A stretch of DNA of 63,395 nucleotides, filler included, from 9 parts of 9 records of this genome joined end to end with filler, not necessarily neighbours in it; one strand, 5' to 3'; positions 22,779-35,738 are shown, counted from the first letter of the whole stretch. Notes: generated by a model not told the origin, from the letters alone. Program-made: numbers and translations.

Positions 22779-24635
22779 TTACACTTTTTTGTCTTGGTTT
22801 TTCCTTTTCCGAATCTTTTTGTTCCTATTTTGAGCCAAATCTTGTGTTTGCCCTTTATTCTTTATCAAACACAATCTTCCTTGCCCGATTAGATCTTCTC
22901 TTTTAGCTTTTATTAATGCTTTTTTTACTAATTCATAGTTAGCTTCACGGTCATATTGCATTAAAGCTCTTTGCATTGCCTTTTCTTCTGGCTTTCGTGG
23001 CACATAAACCCTTTCCATTGTCAAAGGATCATATCCCGAATAATACATACAAGTTGAAAGAGTACCCGGAGTAGGGTAAAAATCCTGCACCTGCTGTGGC
23101 CTGTATCCAGTGTCACGCAAGTATTCTGCTAGTTCAATTGCTTCTTTTATAGAGCATCCAGGATGACTAGACATAAAATATGGTACTATATATTGCTTTT
23201 TCCCTGCTCTAGCACTAAACTTTTCAAACTGCTTCTTAAACGCATCATATACTTCACGACGTGGTTTTCCCATGATCTTTAATACCTTTTTTCGAAACAT
23301 GCTCAGGAGCGACTTTTAACTGTCCACTCACGTTATTCTTTACTAGATGCTGAAAAAACGTCGTATCCTTATCCTGCATAATGTAGTCAAAACGAAGTCC
23401 AGATCTAACAAATACACGCTTTATTCCATCCACCATAGCAATAGCTTTGAGCATCTTCAAATATCTCTTATGATCAACCTTTAGATTTGGACATGGATTT
23501 GGCGTAAGACATCGTCTATGCAAGCAAGCTCCTTCTTTTTCTTGCTTATCGCAGGCAGGTCCAGAAAAATTTGCTGTTGGTCCTCCCACATCATGAATAT
23601 TTCCTTTAAACCCAGATAGCTTCGAAATAATTTCTGCCTCACGAACAGTCGACTCAATACTTCTTGCCTGAACAGTTCTGCCTTGATGAAATGTGAGTGC
23701 ACAAAATGAACATCCTCCATAGCATCCTCTACAACTGTTAATAGAAAAACAATCTCTTCAACCGCAGGAATTCCCGTTTTTTCATACATTGGATGAATAC
23801 GTCTTGTATACGGCAACTCATAAACCATGTCAAGTTCGCTAGTCGAAAGAGGATATGAAGGTGGGTTTTGAACTACCCACATGCTGTCAAACTTTTGTGC
23901 TATCGTTTTACCATGCATTGCATCCTGCTCAACATACTGAGCTTTAAACGCTCGCGCATATGCTTTTTTATTCTCGCAAACAATTTTATAGCTTTCTATC
24001 TCGATTAATTCAGTTTCACTAATGTCATTAGTTTTATAACAAGTGCCTCTAATATAAGTAATATGCATTGCTTCAATCCCTGCATTCAGGGCATGTGCAA
24101 CCTCTGTTATTGCGTTTTCTCCCATTCCATATACAAGCAAATCAGCGTTTGATTCAATTAAAATCGATGGTTTTATATCATTATCCCAATAATCATAATG
24201 AGCAAATCGCCTTAATGATGCCTCTATACCCCCAATTATTACTGGAACATCTCCATAAGCTCTTTTGCACATTCTTGAATAAACGATAGTTGCGCGATCT
24301 GGGCGGCGTCCCATCTGACCTCCAGGAGAAAACGAGTCTCTATTACGCCTTCTCTTAGCAACTGTATAATGGTTTACCATAGAATCCATGTTTCCACTAG
24401 TAACCAAAAACCCTAGACGCGGACGCCCAAATTGTTTAAACGCATTTTCATTATTCCAATTTGGCTGCGATAAGATAGCTACCGTAAACCCTTCTTTTTC
24501 AAGCACTCTACCAATAACCGCCATTCCAAAGGAAGGATGATCAACATACGCATCACCAGTAACCAACACAAAGTCTACTTGCTCATAACCTCTCTTCTCC
24601 AAATCCTTTGGTGAAACGGGCATAAATTCATTCAT
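22779..24635 (-). CDS. YgiQ/UPF0313-family radical SAM protein, several frameshifts
   Basis: [54 protein letters not shown] (alternative frame), [33 protein letters not shown]. Confidence 0.92.
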
Positions 24636-24707
24636 TATGTGCACCATTCTCCTATTCTTCTCGTGCACTCAGTATATCTTTAATATGGTGATTCTTCAAG
24701 GTTACAC

Positions 24708-26950
24708 CTAGTTCATATATATCTTCAAACTAATACTATGGTCTTTGCTATCATCAATCAACTCAATTTCCTCTTGTTGCTGAGCTCCTTGATCGTTTAC
24801 ACATTCAACATCAATGAAATAGCGCGAACTCCCATACTGATATTCGATAGAATACCTTTTCCAATCGCTGTTAACTCGAGGTTTTATTATCAGCTTATTG
24901 CCCCTTTTATGAATTCCAAGCATATGATATATGCACTGCAACATCCACGACGCTGCTCCTGTATACCAGCTCCATCCCGCTCTTCCTTCTTGTCCATCAA
25001 GCGAATATACATCAGCTGATAATACATATGGCTCGCCCTTATACTTTTTCAATAGTGCAGCTGTTTTAGTTCTTTCGACTGGATTTAACATGCTCAACAG
25101 TTCATATGCTTTGTCATATTCACCAATTTCCATCAGCCCAAAACACGCCCATAATGCGCCATGCGTATACTGCCCACCATTTTCTCGTACGCCAGGCAAA
25201 TATCCTCTTATATAACCTGGGCGTTTTTCGCCATCATCAAACGGCGGTGAGAACAATTTTAAAATGCCATTATTTTTGTCTGCCAATATTTTTTCAACAG
25301 AATCTAACGCTTGTTTTGCCTTTTCTTTAGGCGCGGCTTCACTAATTGCAGCCCACGCCTGAGCTATGCAATCAATCTTACACTCATCACTTTCCGCTGA
25401 ACCAAGCTTAGTTCCATCATCATAAAACGCTCGTAAATACCACTTATTATCCCATGCATGAGCATTTATATTGTTCTTAAGAAGTAACGCGGATTCTTCT
25501 AACCTTTTTGCATCATCCTCTTGATCAAACTCATACGCTAGTTTAGAAAAATCTATTAGCACCTTGTACATGAAAAACGCAAGCCACACACTTTCGCCTT
25601 TGCCTCCTTTACCAACTTCGTTCATACCATCATTCCAGTCACCGCCCAGCATAAGCGGCAATCCGTGTTCACCCATTCGATTAAGAGCACAATCTATCGC
25701 CTTAAGACAATGCGAATATATATCCTCTGACACCTCGCTTATTTCTGCTTCAAAATATGCATCTGCCCTATCTGGATCTAATATTTCTCCCTTTAAATAA
25801 TTTGCTTGCTGTCTTAATAAATCAAAATCTTGCGTAACTTCAACATATCTAGCAGTGACATATGGCAAAAACAATAAATCATCACTAATATGCGTACGAA
25901 CACCCGATGTTTTGGGATGCCACCAGTGCTGAACATCTCCTTCAACAAACTGATGTGCAGCACATTTAATTATCTGTGTTTTTACTTGTTCAGGATAGGT
26001 TAATAACAAAGCCAGTACATCCTGTAGCTGATCTCTGAATCCAAACGCACCACCCGCTTGATATGCTGCTGTTCTCGCCCACAATCTGCATGCACTAACC
26101 TGATACGGCAAATATTTGTTTGCCATAACATTAAAAGCTGCATCTGGCGTATTTATCTCCAGCTTACTTAACCTATCTTGCCAAAATAGCTTCATTTCAT
26201 CATATGACTTTGCAATTTCTTGTTCATCTGTCGATTGATTAGCTTTAATAACGGCTGATTGTTTATCTTGAGCATAACCAATAGCAAACTGTACCCTTTC
26301 ATGCTCACCTGGCTTCAATGTAACATCAGTTGAAAGCACTCCACATGCACAACCATAAACTGGTTCAAACGATTTTTCTAAAATCCTAATACCAGATGGC
26401 GCTTCTCGCTTACCATGCCCCAAGAACTTTGCTCTATTGCCCATAGCTTTTACTTCGTCTCTATCACAACGAATATACGCATAACCACCATCATCCATAA
26501 CCGCGCTACTTGCTAGAACCGTTGAATTTTCTTGATCAAACTCACAAAACACCTTGCCTGCGTGATCAAGTTGAGATACACCCATAACCCAATCTGCAAA
26601 ATAACATAGTCTTAAATTCTTTTCACTAGACGAATCATTAACGATATCAATTTGTAAATGCTTAACGCTATCATAAGGATCTACCCATACAGTCAGTACA
26701 TGCTGAACGCCTATACTATGACCTTCATATCTAACGCTCCCTGGTTGAATAATTATTCTAAACGATGACGCATCGACCGGTAATGGAGTTAACGAAGATA
26801 GCTGGTCGGTTTGTTTTTCCCAAACATAGATAGCTTCACCCGGCTTGAATTCAACATTATCGTTATGCCATGCAGTAAGCTTTTTTTGCCTTGAGTTATC
26901 TTCCCAAGTGTATCCAAGCCCTTGAGCCATACAGAGCGCGCCAAACTTTT
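24708..26950 (-). CDS. GH94 glycoside phosphorylase (NdvB/cyclic beta-1,2-glucan-type C-terminal region), 5' truncated
   Basis: QAGGAFGFRDQLQD, GDVQHWWH, GGDWNDGM, RENGGQYTHG, GRAGWSWYTGAASW. Confidence 0.9.
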
Positions 26951-27050
26951 NNNNNNNNNNNNNNNNNNNNNNNNNNNNNNNNNNNNNNNNNNNNTTAATT
27001 AATTAANNNNNNNNNNNNNNNNNNNNNNNNNNNNNNNNNNNNNNNNNNNN
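26951..27050. other. Artificial contig linker
   Basis: N44-TTAATTAATTAA-N44. Confidence 0.98.
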
Positions 27051-27908
27051 AAAGAACCCTGGGGAATAATCATTTTGTTGCTCAAAAATGGACTCACTAG
27101 CATTCATCGGCTCATCAAATATGCTTCTCCATGATGTAGCAAGCGGATAAATACCACTATCAATAATTTCATTCGAAAGAGACAAAGCAGTTCCCCAATC
27201 TTCTTCCATTAGTGCAAGACGCGCTAAATAAGCTTTTGCAGCCCATTTGCTGGCACGACCTTTTCTTAGATTCGTCTCTGCAGCATCAGCATAATTTTCC
27301 AGTACATCTGGCAAATCATTAGCAGCAATCGTCAAGTCCGTTTTTACCTGATTAAGCACTTCTAAATGGGTTGATTTTGCTATTTCATTGTCTTCAGGAC
27401 CACCAGTTTTTAAATCAAGGACGAGTGGTACATCACCCCACATCATTGTTAAATAATAATAACATACACCACGTAAGAAATGACCTTCTGCCAATAACTC
27501 TGTCTTTCTATTCCCCTTGAATTTTTCATCAGGAATTTCAGCAGTCTTTTCTAAAAACAAATTTACGTTAGCAACAGCAGTATACATTCTTGCCCAAGGC
27601 GTATTGTAACCACCTCCCGTAGATGGGTTTTGAGTTAACTGAGTACGGTCTTTTAATTGAAATGACCATCCACTTGGTTGTTTCACATCATCGGTAGAAA
27701 CACGGAAATAACAAATTAACTGTGAATATGCAGACTCGTTAAAGAAGCGATTATAACAACCCGTAATGCCTACTTCTGCAGCACTTTCAGAGTCATATAA
27801 GGCCTCCATCTCAATACTGGCATAAACGTCTTGCTCCAATACCTCCTCACATTGTACAAATAATAATACAACGGGAAGTAATAATAAGTATTTATATATT
27901 TTCTTCAT
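27051..27908 (-). CDS. SusD/RagB glycan-binding lipoprotein, 3' truncated
   Basis: Lipobox FVQC, AEGHFLRGVCYYYL..WGDVPL, GRASKWAAKAYLARL, ESIFE. Confidence 0.92.
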
Positions 27909-27940
27909 TTTTTGAATATTTTTTTAAGTTACAAACCCGA

Positions 27941-30900
27941 TTAGAATGTTAAGTTAACACCAAGACGAAAAGATCTTGATTGAGGATAAGAACCATAATC
28001 ATATCCACGAAGCAATCCACTATTTGATCCGTTATTCACTCCTGTAAAGTGGTCAACCTCAGGATCAAATCCAGAATAATTGGTAAATGTTAGTAGATTG
28101 TTTCCTGTTAGGTAAACCCTTGCAGATTTCAAGTTCAATCTTGATAGAAGACCAGAACCGAAAGTATATCCGACTGTTAACGATTTTACCCTTAAATAAG
28201 ATCCATCTTCTAACCAACCGTCATGAGGAAGATTATAATCATTATTTCTATCATCATAATTAATCACTGGATACTTAGTCACATCACCAGGTTGCTGCCA
28301 TCTATTATCAAAAGCAACCTGCGTAGTGTTACCTCCAATAATTGTCCGGTCATTAAGAGACATGGTTTCCAACCATCTGCGAGTTGCGTTATAAATCTTA
28401 TTTCCATAAGAGTATTGAAGGAAAATAGACAGATCGAAGTTTTTATAGGAGAAGTTATTTGTTAAACCTCCAAAGAATTTAGGGAACGGACTTCCAGACA
28501 AAGTTAAATCTCCCTCGTTTGGCATACCACCACTATCATCTTGGTCTATAATAATAACTGTACCGTCTTCTGGATTAACAAACTCCTCACGTTCATACAA
28601 ATAGAAACTAATAGGTTCACCTACTCTAGCAATACTTCTTCCTCCGGCACCACTTACAATTACATCTTTCCCTCCTAGTAGTTCAAGTACTTTATTGGCA
28701 TTCGATGAAATATTAAAATCAGCATTCCAGTTGAATTTATCGTTGCTAATTATTGTACCATTAACACCAAACTCAATTCCTCTATTCTCCATTTTACCAA
28801 TATTCTCTAGCTTGGATCCAATACCTCGTGTACTCGGAAGTGGAACCTGGAATAAAAGGTTGTCAGTAGTTTTAATATAGTAGTCTGCAGTGAAATTTAG
28901 TCGACTGTTAAGCAAACTAATATCTGTACCAATGTTAAACTGGGTAGTTTCTTCCCATTTCAAATTTGGTGTAGGTAAGCTATTAATTACACCTCCAGTT
29001 TGATTATTATAATTACTACCTTTATTTGTTCCTGTACCAACAGTCATAATACCACGAGCTGCATAGTTTGCAATTTCCTGATTACCTGTTATACCATAAC
29101 TAGCGCGAATTTTCCAGTCATCCATAAAACTAACATCCTGCATGAAAGATTCTTCAGATATTCTCCACGCAACAGATCCTGATGGGAAGAAACCGTAACG
29201 ATTATCTTTACCAAAACGTGAAGAGCCATCATAGCGAGCATTCATTAACAACATGTATTTTCCTTGATAATCATAATTAAAACGACCAAAGAAAGAAGTA
29301 ATACCATATGCTTGTTTATCAGAGTCAGCTACATCAATATCTGTACCTGCATTAAGGGTTGATACTTTATCTGAAACAATACCACTTACCAACACAAAAC
29401 TGTTTTCCCAAATGGTTTCCTGTACAGTGTTACCTGCAAGAAATGTAAAACTGTGATCTTTAACACCTAAGGCGTAAGTAAAATAGTTTTCAAATGTCCA
29501 GGCTTTTTGATCAAAAGTACGTTGAGATTTTTGACCTCTCCAGTCAATTCCTTCAAATGCATTTGTATTTGGTGGGTCAAACCAGTTTTCTAGCTCACCA
29601 CGTAAATCACCAGATGCCTGAACTCTATAATTCAAACCGGGTAATATATCAATTTTCGCATATGCCGAAGCAATAATCCGAGTAACATTTGTTTTAATAC
29701 TTACAGCCAATGCTTGTCTTACCGGGTTACCGTACTCTTTTTGGAAACCATCATTAGAGAATGTTCCATCAGAAAGATATACCGGAGTTACAGGTGCTTT
29801 TATTAAAGCTGAAGAAAGAACAGGGGCTCCATATATGTTGTTCTTATTTGATGCATCTGCTTTTTCGGGGCTACCATCATTTTTAGTCCGGTTTTGATCT
29901 GTATAAGCTGCATATAAACTTGTTCCGATTGTAATATGATCTCCTAAATCCTGATCAATATTTGCACGCATATTGAAACGACTAAAGTCTGAACCGATAA
30001 TAACACCTTCTTGATTATTATAACCTGCACTAACCATGTATTTTGTATCATCAGTCCCGCCACGAAGAGACAAATTGACCTCATTTACTTTACCAACACG
30101 GAAAATTTCATCTTGCCAATCGGTATCAACAGTTGGATTATTAATGAAACTTTCTGGGAAAAAATTAGCATATTCAGGTTCAACATCAGCCAACTGTGCA
30201 CGACCTTCGTTTACCATTCTTGCATAATCAGATGCGCCTAACACATCGTAACGACTAGTTACTTCCGAAATGCCAGTAAACACATCAACAGTTACTTCCC
30301 CTTTTCCGCTTACTCCTCTTTTTGTTGTAATCAGAACAACACCATTGGCAGCACGTGCGCCATAAATAGAAGTTGCAGCAGCATCCTTTAAAATTTCAAT
30401 TGACTCAATATCTGCAGGGTTAATTTGTGACATTCCATTCACCCTGTTTTCTCCAACATTACGGTTACTGGTTTGGGTATTTTCCAACGGAATACCGTCA
30501 ATTACATATAGCGGATCATTTCCTGAACCAATAGAAGTTGTACCACGTACACGAATGGTAACACCACCACCTGGTTCACCAGTATTATTCGTTACTAAAA
30601 CTCCAGCTGCCTTTCCCTGTATTGCTTTATCGATACCAGTTGCAGCCATTCCTTTAATATCTTCAGATGAAACCGATGCAATCGCTGCAGAAACCTTTTT
30701 TCTACTTTGAGAACCATATCCAACAGCAACAACTTCTTCAATACCAATGGCACTTTGTTCCATTTTAATCACAACTTCATTTACCCCTACAATAGAAGCG
30801 TCTGCTTGCTTCATTCCTACAAATGAAACGGAAATTATTTTTGTTGATGCAGGAACAGTGATTGAGAAATTTCCATCAAAATCTGTAATCGTACCAATAG

Positions 30901-31357
30901 TTGTACCTTTTACAAACACTGATGCTCCAGGAACAGGTATTCCATCCTGATCTTTAACCACACCAGTTACTTTTTTCTCATCCTGAGCTGATTCTTTTAA
31001 AGAAGTGTTTGCCTTACGAATAACTATCTGACGTTCATACACATCATAGCGAACAGACTCTTCCTGAAGAACATTATCAAGAATTTGATTGATAGTTGCA
31101 TCTTGAAAATCTACACGAACCTCTTTCGATACATCCAAATCATCTTTCTGATAAAGAAAAATAAATTCACTGTTTTCTTCGATGTATTGAATAACATCAT
31201 TAATTGTTGCTTTTTCCAGACTTACATTCAGTCTGGTGGTCTGTGAGTAGCTATTTGCTGCTACAGACATAAAGCACCCTAAGATAAGTAGCATAGATAA
31301 GCGCATAATTCGCCACATTTTTTTACAACTTCCCCTTTCGGAAAAGCCAGTTAACAA
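27941..31357 (-). CDS. SusC/RagA TonB-dependent transporter with N-terminal STN signalling domain
   Basis: EEVVAVGYG, PLYVIDG, INPADIESIEILKDAAATSIYGARAANGVVLITTKRG, LKWEETTQ, EDGSYLR, YPQSR...LTF. Confidence 0.96.
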   Translation of the reverse strand: MLTGFSERGSCKKMWRIMRLSMLLILGCFMSVAANSYSQTTRLNVSLEKATINDVIQYIEENSEFIFLYQKDDLDVSKEVRVDFQDATINQILDNVLQEESVRYDVYERQIVIRKANTSLKESAQDEKKVTGVVKDQDGIPVPGASVFVKGTTIGTITDFDGNFSITVPASTKIISVSFVGMKQADASIVGVNEVVIKMEQSAIGIEEVVAVGYGSQSRKKVSAAIASVSSEDIKGMAATGIDKAIQGKAAGVLVTNNTGEPGGGVTIRVRGTTSIGSGNDPLYVIDGIPLENTQTSNRNVGENRVNGMSQINPADIESIEILKDAAATSIYGARAANGVVLITTKRGVSGKGEVTVDVFTGISEVTSRYDVLGASDYARMVNEGRAQLADVEPEYANFFPESFINNPTVDTDWQDEIFRVGKVNEVNLSLRGGTDDTKYMVSAGYNNQEGVIIGSDFSRFNMRANIDQDLGDHITIGTSLYAAYTDQNRTKNDGSPEKADASNKNNIYGAPVLSSALIKAPVTPVYLSDGTFSNDGFQKEYGNPVRQALAVSIKTNVTRIIASAYAKIDILPGLNYRVQASGDLRGELENWFDPPNTNAFEGIDWRGQKSQRTFDQKAWTFENYFTYALGVKDHSFTFLAGNTVQETIWENSFVLVSGIVSDKVSTLNAGTDIDVADSDKQAYGITSFFGRFNYDYQGKYMLLMNARYDGSSRFGKDNRYGFFPSGSVAWRISEESFMQDVSFMDDWKIRASYGITGNQEIANYAARGIMTVGTGTNKGSNYNNQTGGVINSLPTPNLKWEETTQFNIGTDISLLNSRLNFTADYYIKTTDNLLFQVPLPSTRGIGSKLENIGKMENRGIEFGVNGTIISNDKFNWNADFNISSNANKVLELLGGKDVIVSGAGGRSIARVGEPISFYLYEREEFVNPEDGTVIIIDQDDSGGMPNEGDLTLSGSPFPKFFGGLTNNFSYKNFDLSIFLQYSYGNKIYNATRRWLETMSLNDRTIIGGNTTQVAFDNRWQQPGDVTKYPVINYDDRNNDYNLPHDGWLEDGSYLRVKSLTVGYTFGSGLLSRLNLKSARVYLTGNNLLTFTNYSGFDPEVDHFTGVNNGSNSGLLRGYDYGSYPQSRSFRLGVNLTF

Positions 31358-31451
31358 TTTTTTTCATAAATTTGGTCAACTTTAATAGTTAATAAATACT
31401 TAATTTATTGGTATTTGTTGTAAGCCGGATCGTGCGTCACCACTTTCCGGT

Positions 31452-32644
31452 TTATTTTATTACATACTTATTATCACTAATTTTTTGGTACTTATTTCTT
31501 GAAACCTTCGATAGGTATTCCAAAACTTCTTCTACATTCTGATGTAAATCAAGCTTACCTGTTATTTTTATGTTCCCCAAAGCCGTATTTTCATAACTAA
31601 TCCAGGTATTATAATACCGTTCTACTTTTTTAATAACACGACTTAGTTGCTCATCCTCGAACTTTATTAGTCCATCAACCCAAATAGTGTAATCAGTAGC
31701 ATTAACATTATAAACCGTAGAATACTCTGTATCTTTATGGAAAACGTTTAATTGATCTGGTTTCAGTATCAGGTCACGGCTAAATAAGCTTGCTCCTTTT
31801 TTCCGAATGGCCACACTCCCTTCCTTCAATACCGTTTTTATTATTTTATCATCAGGATATGCAGACACGTTAAACTCTGTTCCCAATACTTTTATATCTA
31901 GAGCTGTAGTTTTTACAATAAATGGTTGTGCTTCATTGCGAGTAACATCAAAGAAAGCCTCTCCGTATAATCTCACCTCTCTGTTTTTTTCAGTAAACGA
32001 TGAAGGATAAACCAACCGGCTACCTGCATTAAGCCAAACTTGAGTACCATCAGCTAGTGTAATCTGTGAACTGTTACCAAATGGAATAATCATTTGATGA
32101 ATTTTAGGCTTTTGCACATCAACTTTACTTGAATGAAATACTCTTTCCTTATTTAATACAATTTCGCCCCTTTTAGAATAATCTACTGTTGACTCTGATT
32201 TTCGTAGGCCAATCTTATCACTTTCAGAAAGAATTAGAGTGGGTTCATCAACCTGCATTGGCGCAACAGCCAGTTGATCGTAAAATCCAGACTGGTCTTT
32301 TTTCATTTGAAAATAAACAAATACCCCACTAATGCATGAAAAAAGGACTGCGACTGCAGCATAACGCATAACCGAATTGACAAGCCTTATTCTTGTTAGC
32401 TTTTGGTTCTCGCGTTCAATACTTTGCTTAATTTTTAATGAAAGCTGCTTCTTACGATCTTCTGTTAATATGTCATTATTGTGGGTCAACTTCTCAAGAT
32501 TAGTTTTTACATATTTGATAAACTCAACTTCATCTGAATTTGCCTCCATGTATTTCTTCCAATAAAGATCAATCTCATCATTTGAGTTAAAAATCCACTT
32601 GAAAAAAAAGGATTGTCGATATACTTATCAAAGTCTTTCATCAT
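31452..32644 (-). CDS. FecR-family anti-sigma factor, frameshift near 32602-32609
   Basis: ITLADGTQVWLNAGS, GEAFFDV, VLGTEFNV. N-terminal MMKDFDKYIDNPFF...WIF is in another frame across an A8 run. Confidence 0.9.
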
Positions 32645-32713
32645 AAATTTTGAAGCTTGTATATTAACAAGATAGACTTAAGTGTAAAAAGGGGACATAA
32701 AAAACGAAAAAAA

Positions 32714-33301
32714 TTACATTCGAATGGAAATATATAGAAGCTCCATTAATTTTTTTCCAAAATCGTCTCGCAAACTACTGATAAGACGGTAGATTTGTTT
32801 TTTTACAGTTTCCTGTTTCAGGTTAAGTACTTTGGCAATCTCGTTATTACTTAAACCAGTGTAGAATTTAAGATAGAGTAACTCTCGTTTAGAGGAATCA
32901 AGGGTTGAAAGCAATTTCTTGAGAGACTTACTTTGTACATCCAAAGAATCATTTTTAATGTATTCATCCTCCAAATCAAAATTTAAGTTGAAGTTTTGAA
33001 ATTCATCATCGGAAATATTTTTAAATCGTCTTTCTTTCTTTAAACGTAAAAAAATGTTTCGTTTAAGTGCTGTAAAAAGATAATACTCCAGGTGATCTGG
33101 ATTATCTAGCTTCTTGCCATATTTATAGATATTGATAAAAAGATCCTGAATACAATCTTCCAATAGTTCACGATCCTTGGTTATTTTGGAACCATAGGCG
33201 AATAAAACGTCAATGAATTCATTGTAAATTTCTTCATAAGCGAGCATGTTCCCACTTCTGAATAAATCCCATATTTTATGCCAATATTCTTTATCTTTCA
33301 T
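32714..33301 (-). CDS. ECF sigma-70 factor
   Basis: EDCIQDLF, YLFTALKR, LYLKFYTGLSNNEIAKVL...TVKKQIYR; upstream of FecR. Confidence 0.92.
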   Translation of the reverse strand: MKDKEYWHKIWDLFRSGNMLAYEEIYNEFIDVLFAYGSKITKDRELLEDCIQDLFINIYKYGKKLDNPDHLEYYLFTALKRNIFLRLKKERRFKNISDDEFQNFNLNFDLEDEYIKNDSLDVQSKSLKKLLSTLDSSKRELLYLKFYTGLSNNEIAKVLNLKQETVKKQIYRLISSLRDDFGKKLMELLYISIRM

Positions 33302-33378
33302 ACAACTTTTGAAGGAGCACTTCTAAAAATAACCAAATTTCATAAAACGAAGTTCAACTTTAAATAGTTTCAAAACAT

Positions 33379-34782
33379 TCAATATTGAACAACTTCACTT
33401 TTGTACTTCTCAAGTTTTGCTTTAAAAATACTCACAGAGTCTTTTAATTCTGGAGATTCAACAATGTTTACGTTCTCATCCGGATCAGTATAATGGTCAT
33501 ATAACATATTCCCCATCGGATTCCCATTATTACCGAACCATTCGGAATAAATGTAGCGATTTGTGATCACGGACTCACCACGAATAAACCTAGAGAATAC
33601 CGCATCTTTCCATTTCAAGTTTGGATTTTTCATTAAGGGTACAAAACTCGTTCCCTGAAGCTGACCAGGCTCCTCAAATCCTGTCAGTTCGCACAAGGAA
33701 GGAAAAATATCTACAAATTCAACCAGAGCTTTTGTTTTTTTATTTCCCTGAAAACCCGGTGCACTAATTATTAGTGGAGCATTCAGTGAAGTTTTAAAAT
33801 TCGCATGCTTGCACCACAAACTGTGTTCTCCTAACTGCCATCCATGATCCCCCCATAAAATAACAATGGTGTTACCGGCAAGTCCAAGTTCGTCTAAAGC
33901 ATCCAGAAGTCTCCCTATTTGGGCATCAACATAACTTACACAAGCATAATAGCCGTGAATCATTTCTAAGGCCATCTCATCAGGAACTGCACCTCTTTTA
34001 GGTATTCCGTAATAACTTCTTAGCTCACCAAAATTATGCATGGCTGCTATGGGAACATTTTCCGGAGGGAAGTAATTATCCGGTAAAGAAATCCGATCCG
34101 GTGAATATAAATCCCAGTACTTTTTGGGTGCGTTAAAAGGCAAATGAGGCTTTAAAAAACCAGCAGCCAGGAAAAAAGGTTTTCCAGTTTCTTTTAACCT
34201 TTTAAGGTCATTGATTGTTTTTGAAGCAATTTGCCCGTCAAAGTATGCATCATCATTTACATCTGTCATTTCAAATGGATAGGCTCTTTTTCCTGTTGAG
34301 TCTTGAATATGAATATTTTCCTTAGATTGATAGTTTAAATAATTACCTGCTTCGGCTGCAGGACTCCACGCTTTTTCGGACCAACTCTCAGGAATATCAT
34401 CAATATGATGAAATACTTTCCCATTTGAAATTGTTTGATAACCATTATTTTTAAAGTATTCAGGTAAACTCATTGCATCCGGAACATCATTTTTCGCATA
34501 GGTATTATAATCTAAAAACCGGGATTTTGTTGGTCGGATACCTGTTAGCAGGCTCGCTCTTGAAGCGCCACACACAGGAACATTGCAATAGGCATTCTCA
34601 AATACCAAACCCTTTGATGCCAGCCTGTCTATGTTGGGGGAAGTAATGTGCTGTTTACCGTAACAAGCCAATTCCGGTCGTAAATCATCAACAGCAATAA
34701 ACAAGATATTTGGTTTTTCTGAATTGCAGGATAAAACCCCAAACAACATCAAGAGGCAGCTAAGTCTAATTATTCTTTTCAT
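33379..34782 (-). CDS. S1 sulfatase (iduronate-2-sulfatase-like), lipoprotein
   Basis: KPNILFIAVDDLRP, formylglycine motif CGASRASLLTG, GKVFH, KPHLPF, WGDHGW. Confidence 0.92.
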   Translation of the reverse strand: MKRIIRLSCLLMLFGVLSCNSEKPNILFIAVDDLRPELACYGKQHITSPNIDRLASKGLVFENAYCNVPVCGASRASLLTGIRPTKSRFLDYNTYAKNDVPDAMSLPEYFKNNGYQTISNGKVFHHIDDIPESWSEKAWSPAAEAGNYLNYQSKENIHIQDSTGKRAYPFEMTDVNDDAYFDGQIASKTINDLKRLKETGKPFFLAAGFLKPHLPFNAPKKYWDLYSPDRISLPDNYFPPENVPIAAMHNFGELRSYYGIPKRGAVPDEMALEMIHGYYACVSYVDAQIGRLLDALDELGLAGNTIVILWGDHGWQLGEHSLWCKHANFKTSLNAPLIISAPGFQGNKKTKALVEFVDIFPSLCELTGFEEPGQLQGTSFVPLMKNPNLKWKDAVFSRFIRGESVITNRYIYSEWFGNNGNPMGNMLYDHYTDPDENVNIVESPELKDSVSIFKAKLEKYKSEVVQY

Positions 34783-34914
34783 CTCATTAAAATTGGTTAT
34801 TTCGTTTGTATTAGATGGAACTCTCGATGAATTTTCATCCTTCTTTTTTGTGAATTTAAAGAATGAAATTTCATGTTCGTTTCATACTGTATCCTCAACT
34901 TTTCATCAATAAAT

Positions 34915-35700
34915 CTATTTATCATCCAGTTTCATCAACTCAATTTTTCTGAAATCAATGGGTTGCCCTTCAGCCTGAAGAGCAATGTATCCATTATCAA
35001 TAATGGTTCCTACAGGAACATCATAATTTTCTGGCATAAAAATGCCTCCTACTTGCGGTGTTGAACAAGTTAGAACCGTATCTCCATCAATAACATGACT
35101 TATCGATTTTGCTCCATCAACAACAATCTCAACCGTTACCCACTGGTCTCCAAAATAGTTTTTAGAAGTCGAGGGAATAATGTGGTCTTCTGTCATCTGC
35201 CCATTCCAAAAGATAGTTAAACCGGGGGTACATAAATTTGCGGTACGTTGTTGTATTGAATCGGTACTCCCAAGAAACTGAGTTTCCAATGAAACGGGAA
35301 AATCCTGATCAATCCCCATGCTCTCTGCCGATTGAGAATGAAACATAACTCCACTGTTCCGATAACAATAATTTGGAGCATCAGGCATTTTTTCCCCAAC
35401 AAATCGGTATTCAACTTTCAATTTATATTTCGACAACGGTTCTTTATAAAAAAGATGCCCATACCGTCCATCCAATTTGTCGTAGTTACTGTAAGATACC
35501 CGCAACAGTTCATTTTCAACCCGAAATACATTTAAGGTATTTACACCTACGGAATCTCCAGAAACTTTTGGTGTCCATCCGTCCAAATTTTTACCATTAA
35601 AAATATTTACCCACTCTTTTGAATCCTCTGTTTGACTTATCTTTTTTACTGTTGTACCACATGCACCTAATATGAATAAAAGAATAAATATATATTTCAT
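34915..35700 (-). CDS. DUF1080 / 3-keto-disaccharide hydrolase family lipoprotein
   Basis: IFNGKNLDGW, RNSGVMFH, GYIALQAEGQPIDFRKI. Confidence 0.85.
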   Translation of the reverse strand: MKYIFILLFILGACGTTVKKISQTEDSKEWVNIFNGKNLDGWTPKVSGDSVGVNTLNVFRVENELLRVSYSNYDKLDGRYGHLFYKEPLSKYKLKVEYRFVGEKMPDAPNYCYRNSGVMFHSQSAESMGIDQDFPVSLETQFLGSTDSIQQRTANLCTPGLTIFWNGQMTEDHIIPSTSKNYFGDQWVTVEIVVDGAKSISHVIDGDTVLTCSTPQVGGIFMPENYDVPVGTIIDNGYIALQAEGQPIDFRKIELMKLDDK

Positions 35701-35738
35701 GATTGTTGTTTTAAAATTGTTAGAAGCCTCAAAATAAA

